From contig JAKAKR010000012.1 in the NCBI GenBank assembly GCA_021813435.1, positions 9,982-73,981 on the forward strand: 64,000 nt of DNA, written 5' to 3'. Below, piece by piece: positions 59,868 to 64,000 of this stretch; the stretch's first letter is position 1; every line of letters begins with the position of its first letter. The position numbers were made by a program, and so were the translations under genes. The notes below the pieces were generated by a model. The model had not been told where the DNA came from. It did no database searches and saw only the letters and a list, made by a program, of their open reading frames with translations. Origin of the DNA: Nanobdellota archaeon (lineage in GTDB: Archaea; Nanobdellota; Nanobdellia; Woesearchaeales; UBA9642).

Positions 59868-59881
59868 CTCCAATAATGGAG
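59868..59881. promoter_or_regulatory. Palindromic operator candidate CTCCA-ATAA-TGGAG between divergent TATA boxes
   Basis: Lies between TATATAAAAC (59847-59856, trmB side) and TATTTAAATA (59888-59897). Confidence 0.5.
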
Positions 59882-59954
59882 AGCAAATATTTAAATAGAA
59901 GTATCACTATAAAGTAGTTATAAGAACAAAAGGTTGAGTTGCAAAGAGGAAACC

Positions 59955-60653
59955 ATGAACCGCAAACATGAACAAGATCGATTCGCAGGAGAAGAATACG
60001 AGTTATTCAAACTTGCGTGTCCACACTATGACGAATTCCAGACAATGATTGCGCAGCAAATAACAGAGCGATTTCAAAACAAGAATATAAAGATCGTAGA
60101 AATCGGCTGCGCTGAAGGATACACCACACGGAAAATACTCGAAATGAATCCGAAGAGTACGGTGTATGCGATAGATAATGATAAGGCAAGGACAGCATTA
60201 GCAAGACAGATGCTGCGTAGGTATCATGGGAGGGTACACGTGGAACAGATCGATGCGCTTGAAGGTATCAAAGCGCTGACATCAGGGTCAATAGATGCAT
60301 TCGCAACAGGATTCACTATACACAATTTTCCGGAAACATATCGAAGACAGATCCTTTCCGAATCATATCGCATATTAACACCGGGAGGGATATTTGTGAA
60401 CGGGGATAAATATGCCCGCGCAGACAGTGCTGAACATCAAGCGGATTTAGAATGGCAGATGGAACAATTCAATATATTTGAACAGATCAATAGGCCGGAC
60501 CTTAAAGAGCTTTGGACGGCACATAATCTTGAAGATGATAACATAGCGATGAAAGAAGACGAATCAAAAGAAACCATGAGGATTATCGGTTTCAAAAACA
60601 TACGAACAGTCTACAGAAACCACATGGAAGCAGTGATTACCGCAGAAAAATAA
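59955..60653 (+). CDS. Class I SAM-dependent methyltransferase
   Basis: IVEIGCAEG, YAIDN, FTIHNF, LTPGGIFVNGD; GAGG SD before ATG 59955. Confidence 0.85.
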   Translation: MNRKHEQDRFAGEEYELFKLACPHYDEFQTMIAQQITERFQNKNIKIVEIGCAEGYTTRKILEMNPKSTVYAIDNDKARTALARQMLRRYHGRVHVEQIDALEGIKALTSGSIDAFATGFTIHNFPETYRRQILSESYRILTPGGIFVNGDKYARADSAEHQADLEWQMEQFNIFEQINRPDLKELWTAHNLEDDNIAMKEDESKETMRIIGFKNIRTVYRNHMEAVITAEK

Positions 60654-60661
60654 AACAAGAG

Positions 60662-61321
60662 GTGAAACATATGAAGACCTTACAACGACTAACACAAATT
60701 GCACTACTCTGGGCAGGACTCGGAGCATTGTACGGTAGCAATATCAACGCGCAGGATATCAATGCTGAAGTCATCAAATCATTAAAACCCGCAAGTTCCT
60801 ACGGGCGATTGAATGCAGACTATCAACTACCCACAGGCATCAAAGGGTACACATTTGCAGAATTTTATAGTGACGGAAACAGTTATTTTTCAAAGACCAC
60901 GTTCACCAAACCGGTAATCGGAAATGTGAGTGCTATGGGCCAGATGGTCAACGGGACAGGATTCGAGGACCATGCAGGACTTGGAGTGAGTGTCGTCATC
61001 CCCACGCCAGACCATACATTCGCCAAAGCATATATTGTCCCACGATACCTGTCAAGTGCCGGAAGTCCTATCGATAACAAATGTGTCGCAGGATACTATG
61101 CAGAGGCAAATCTCCCCCTTGACATGAAGATATCAAGTTTTGGAGAAGTAAATCTCAATGGGAAAAACGGTGCAGAATGGATGTACGGGGAATTAAACCT
61201 TGAAAAGAAATTGACAGACAAGGTCTCAGTGTCCTATAACCCTGCATTACAGAACAAGGGACCAGGAGACATTACACCCGCAATAGAACACCGATTCACA
61301 CTCAAGTATGAATTCAAATAA
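60662..61321 (+). CDS. Exported protein with beta-barrel-like alternating pattern
   Basis: Signal peptide, amphipathic strands rich in Y/F/G, C-terminus RFTLKYEFK. Confidence 0.7.
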   Translation: MKHMKTLQRLTQIALLWAGLGALYGSNINAQDINAEVIKSLKPASSYGRLNADYQLPTGIKGYTFAEFYSDGNSYFSKTTFTKPVIGNVSAMGQMVNGTGFEDHAGLGVSVVIPTPDHTFAKAYIVPRYLSSAGSPIDNKCVAGYYAEANLPLDMKISSFGEVNLNGKNGAEWMYGELNLEKKLTDKVSVSYNPALQNKGPGDITPAIEHRFTLKYEFK

Positions 61322-61323
61322 TC

Positions 61324-61354
61324 TTATTTTTTGTTTTTTTTCTTTTCTTCTTTC
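61324..61354 (+). terminator. Oligo-T archaeal terminator
   Basis: TTATTTTTTGTTTTTTTTCTTTTCTTCTTT directly after the stop codon. Confidence 0.55.
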
Positions 61355-61386
61355 TGCAGGGATACAGCCATATTCCCGACCACTCT

Positions 61387-61523
61387 CAAAATTTTTATTT
61401 GCGCCTTAAGATGAGCACCTTCTCATTTTGACATCCAGAAAATTTCACAGGATTGCAAGTGGTGAAATTTTCCATAGGAGTGGACAGGTAAATGCGAATG
61501 GCGCAAAAATGAAGAAATTTGGA
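61387..61523. repeat. Long intergenic palindrome, copy D
   Basis: TTTGCGCC/GGCGCAAA outer stem and GAAAATTTCAC/GTGAAATTTTC inner stem preceded by TCCA. Confidence 0.6.
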
Positions 61524-61576
61524 AAGAAGTCTTACATTTTCTATAACTTTTTAAAACAATTCTCTTTCTTTAGTGC

Positions 61577-62365
61577 ATGATGTTTATTGACGTGCATGCA
61601 CATCTGGATCTGAAAGAATACGATGCTGACAGAGACGAGACTATCGCAGCGTGCGCAAAAGACGATGTCAAGATCATTCTCAACAATGGCGTGCATGATA
61701 AGAGCAATCGCATGGTCCTTGCACTTGCAGAAAAACACGCCAATTGCCGTGCATCCCTCGGGATTTATCCGGTCCATATTGTGGAATGGGTCGAAGCGCA
61801 AGAGATAGCGCGGCTTGAAAACGAGTTTACATTCATCGAAGAACAGTTGAACGCAGGAAAAGCGATTGCAATCGGCGAAGTGGGTCTTGAATACAAGGAA
61901 ATCGAAATGACTGACGCGCGCAAAAAGATCATGAAGGATGCATTGCTGCGATTCATCGCATTATCAAAGAAATATCATGTCCCCCTGCTGCTGCATTCGC
62001 GCGGCGCAGAACTCGAACTCATCGAACTCCTTGAGAAAGAAGGGATGAAAGGCAACAGTAAAGTCATAATGCATTGTTTCTGCGGTCGAAAACATCTCGT
62101 CAAAAGGATACGCGACAATGGATGGACATTCTCGATCCCAGCGCTGGTCCTCAAGACCCAGCAATTTCAGGAAATCGCGCGTGACACCCCGATGAACCAG
62201 CTCCTCACTGAGACTGATTCGCCCCATCTTGCGCCAAAACTGGGCGAGCGCAATGACCCGCGGACCATCAAACTGATCACTGCAAAGATTGCAGAGATCA
62301 AGGGATTGACTATCGAGGAAACCGCAAATATTATGTATCAAAATTATCAGCGAACATTCGGATAG
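61577..62365 (+). CDS. tatD: TatD family hydrolase
   Basis: IDVHAHLD, AIGEVGLE, LHSRGAE, MHCF, ETDSP. Confidence 0.92.
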   Translation: MMFIDVHAHLDLKEYDADRDETIAACAKDDVKIILNNGVHDKSNRMVLALAEKHANCRASLGIYPVHIVEWVEAQEIARLENEFTFIEEQLNAGKAIAIGEVGLEYKEIEMTDARKKIMKDALLRFIALSKKYHVPLLLHSRGAELELIELLEKEGMKGNSKVIMHCFCGRKHLVKRIRDNGWTFSIPALVLKTQQFQEIARDTPMNQLLTETDSPHLAPKLGERNDPRTIKLITAKIAEIKGLTIEETANIMYQNYQRTFG

Positions 62366-62367
62366 AC

Positions 62368-62628
62368 ATGATTGAAAGTACTGATTTTGAAGTATTAGAA
62401 AAGCGCATAGCACAATTAGATGCAGAATTCGAAAAGTATTGTTATGATCGCGAATTTGTGTATCTTACAAGAATAGAATGCGAAAGAGAAATCGATATGT
62501 ATGTAACTAAACATCCAGAATATGCAGATGCAACAAAGAACATCACTGCACGCCAACAAGTGGTGCGAATGCTTAATCAAAAAAAGGTGTATAGATTACT
62601 TTATATTTCAGATGATCAAAAAAACTAA
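62368..62628 (+). CDS. Hypothetical protein
   Basis: Tightly coupled between tatD and the radical SAM gene. Confidence 0.55.
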   Translation: MIESTDFEVLEKRIAQLDAEFEKYCYDREFVYLTRIECEREIDMYVTKHPEYADATKNITARQQVVRMLNQKKVYRLLYISDDQKN

Positions 62629-63772
62629 CTATTATTCTTGGACGTTGAATAATCTGCCTGACGGATGTAAACAGTGCGTCAAGGGCGAAAAACTCGTCAT
62701 GTTCGTGACTGGCATCTGCCCGCGACAATGCTCCTATTGCCCGCTTTCAGAGCAGAAAAAAGACCAAGATGTGATTTTTGCAAATGAGCGGCAGCTTGCA
62801 AGCGAGAAAGAGATTGCGGCAATGGTTGCAGAGGCAAGGACGTGCAGATCCAAAGGCGCAGGATTCACTGGCGGCGATCCGCTCACAAAAATTGATCGGA
62901 CATGCAGGTACATTCGGATACTCAAAAAAGAATTTGGCAAGAAATTTCACATCCATCTCTACACGAGCATGGATTTACTCAGTGAAAAGAATTTACAAAA
63001 ATTAAATGATGCAGGACTTGACGAACTACGGTTTCATCCGGAATTGTTTACGGACAGATTATGGTCAAAAAAATCATTATTTTATGACGATAAGGGAAAA
63101 CGAAAATACCGGTTCAAGATCGGGATTGAAATCCCTGTACTCCCGAAAAAATTTGAAGTAACAAAAAGGGTCGTAGATTATTTTGCGTCAAGTGTAGATT
63201 TCATTAATTTGAACGAACTTGAAATATCCGATGCCGAGGCGTTTAAAATCAAGCATGTGAAAACCAAGAACGCTCAATATTACGGGGCATTAGGCTCAGA
63301 AGAGACTGCACTGCAGATCTTGGAATATCTCAGCAAGAGTTATTCAAAACTTAATGTGCATTATTGTACTTGTAAATTAAAAGATAAGGTGCAGCTTGGA
63401 GAAAGGCTCAAGCGACGCGCAAAAAACACTGCAGAATCCTTCGATCTCATCACTGACGACGGGACAATCCTGCGCGGAGCGATTTATCTCCCGCAGACAA
63501 GACCAGGATTCGGTTACAAGAAGAGACTTGCAGAAACAAAAGATAAAGAGAAAATCATCAAAAGATTGGTAACAGCGCAAAACAAAATCATCAAAGAATT
63601 CGCTATCCCTAAAGAATACATGGGCATTGATACGCAAAAACTGCGGCTCATCACCAACATCGGGATTGTGCGCGAATTGTCCGGCGCATTAAAGCAGCGC
63701 GGACTGGTCCCTGCCATCGTCGAACAATACCCGACCTATGACCAGATGGAAGTCGATGTGGAGTTTTTGTAA
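62612..63772 (+). CDS. Radical SAM protein (archaeal COG2108-like)
   Basis: GCKQCVKGEKLV.FVTG.CPRQCSYC, TGGDP, HIHLYT, LDELRFHP, NLNELE; start corrected from 62522. Confidence 0.9.
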   Translation: MIKKTNYYSWTLNNLPDGCKQCVKGEKLVMFVTGICPRQCSYCPLSEQKKDQDVIFANERQLASEKEIAAMVAEARTCRSKGAGFTGGDPLTKIDRTCRYIRILKKEFGKKFHIHLYTSMDLLSEKNLQKLNDAGLDELRFHPELFTDRLWSKKSLFYDDKGKRKYRFKIGIEIPVLPKKFEVTKRVVDYFASSVDFINLNELEISDAEAFKIKHVKTKNAQYYGALGSEETALQILEYLSKSYSKLNVHYCTCKLKDKVQLGERLKRRAKNTAESFDLITDDGTILRGAIYLPQTRPGFGYKKRLAETKDKEKIIKRLVTAQNKIIKEFAIPKEYMGIDTQKLRLITNIGIVRELSGALKQRGLVPAIVEQYPTYDQMEVDVEFL

Positions 63773-63820
63773 AGGATAGAAACACATTTAAATCAGATAA
63801 GGGTTCTCAAGAGATATCAC

Positions 63821-63892
63821 GGCCTCGTGGTCTAACGGTATGATGTCGCTCTCACTCAGCGAAGGTACGGAGTTCGACTCTCCGCGGGGCCA
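63821..63892 (+). tRNA. tRNA-Val(CAC)
   Basis: GGCCTCG/CGGGGCC acceptor stem, TCGCT-CT CAC TC-AGCGA anticodon arm, CGGAG-TTCGACT-CTCCG T-arm; upstream TTTAAAT box and downstream T-tract. Confidence 0.9.
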
Positions 63893-64000
63893 TTTTTAAT
63901 TCTTCACCACTCTAAAATTATATATCATCTTTTTATATTCTGGATCGTTGTGAGGACCATGCCTAACGGTGACAAGGAATATATTGCATATTTTAGCATG

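Noticed and set aside
18512..63717. Numerous 60-200 aa ORFs overlapping confidently assigned genes on the opposite strand or in alternative frames
   Set aside because: No motifs or independent expression signals; expected by-products of host codon bias
63846..63862. Reading the second tRNA as a UCA (Sec or opal suppressor) anticodon
   Set aside because: The 5-bp stem and 7-nt loop place CAC at 34-36; there is no long variable arm or extended acceptor stem

Overview
Archaeal chromosomal segment, most likely a DPANN (Woesearchaeota-like) genome. This is inferred from rpoK, exosome rrp4/41/42, SBDS, psmA, Pop5, aIF-1A, membrane LonB, AMP phosphorylase, archaeal SecDF, oapABC, class III signal-peptide pilins and TATA-box promoters. 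From left to right: a truncated large secreted surface protein with GYGYGY repeats (not in the ORF track); an AT-rich cell-surface glycosylation cluster (GT2/GT4, WecB, flippase, GT-C-like membrane proteins); the exosome-proteasome superoperon; mixed housekeeping genes, including a bacterial-type LspA and a permease-methyltransferase fusion; a 7.16-kb cargo transposon (42474-49630); tRNA-Val(GAC); secDF, pilins and oapABC; a TrmB-linked module with a beta-barrel-like exported protein; tatD, a radical SAM gene and tRNA-Val(CAC). The transposon has 25-bp TIRs, a target duplication, an IS6-like DDE transposase, a type IIG R-M enzyme, an HTH-IrrE/PIN pair, an unannotated RHH gene and a non-coding array of 12-bp doublets. 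The most striking unexplained structures are this defence-carrying transposon, a family of four long, related, branched intergenic palindromes (about 140-200 bp), and diderm-type envelope genes (LspA, a putative beta-barrel) in an archaeon. All calls come from reading the sequence by eye; no database searches were run.
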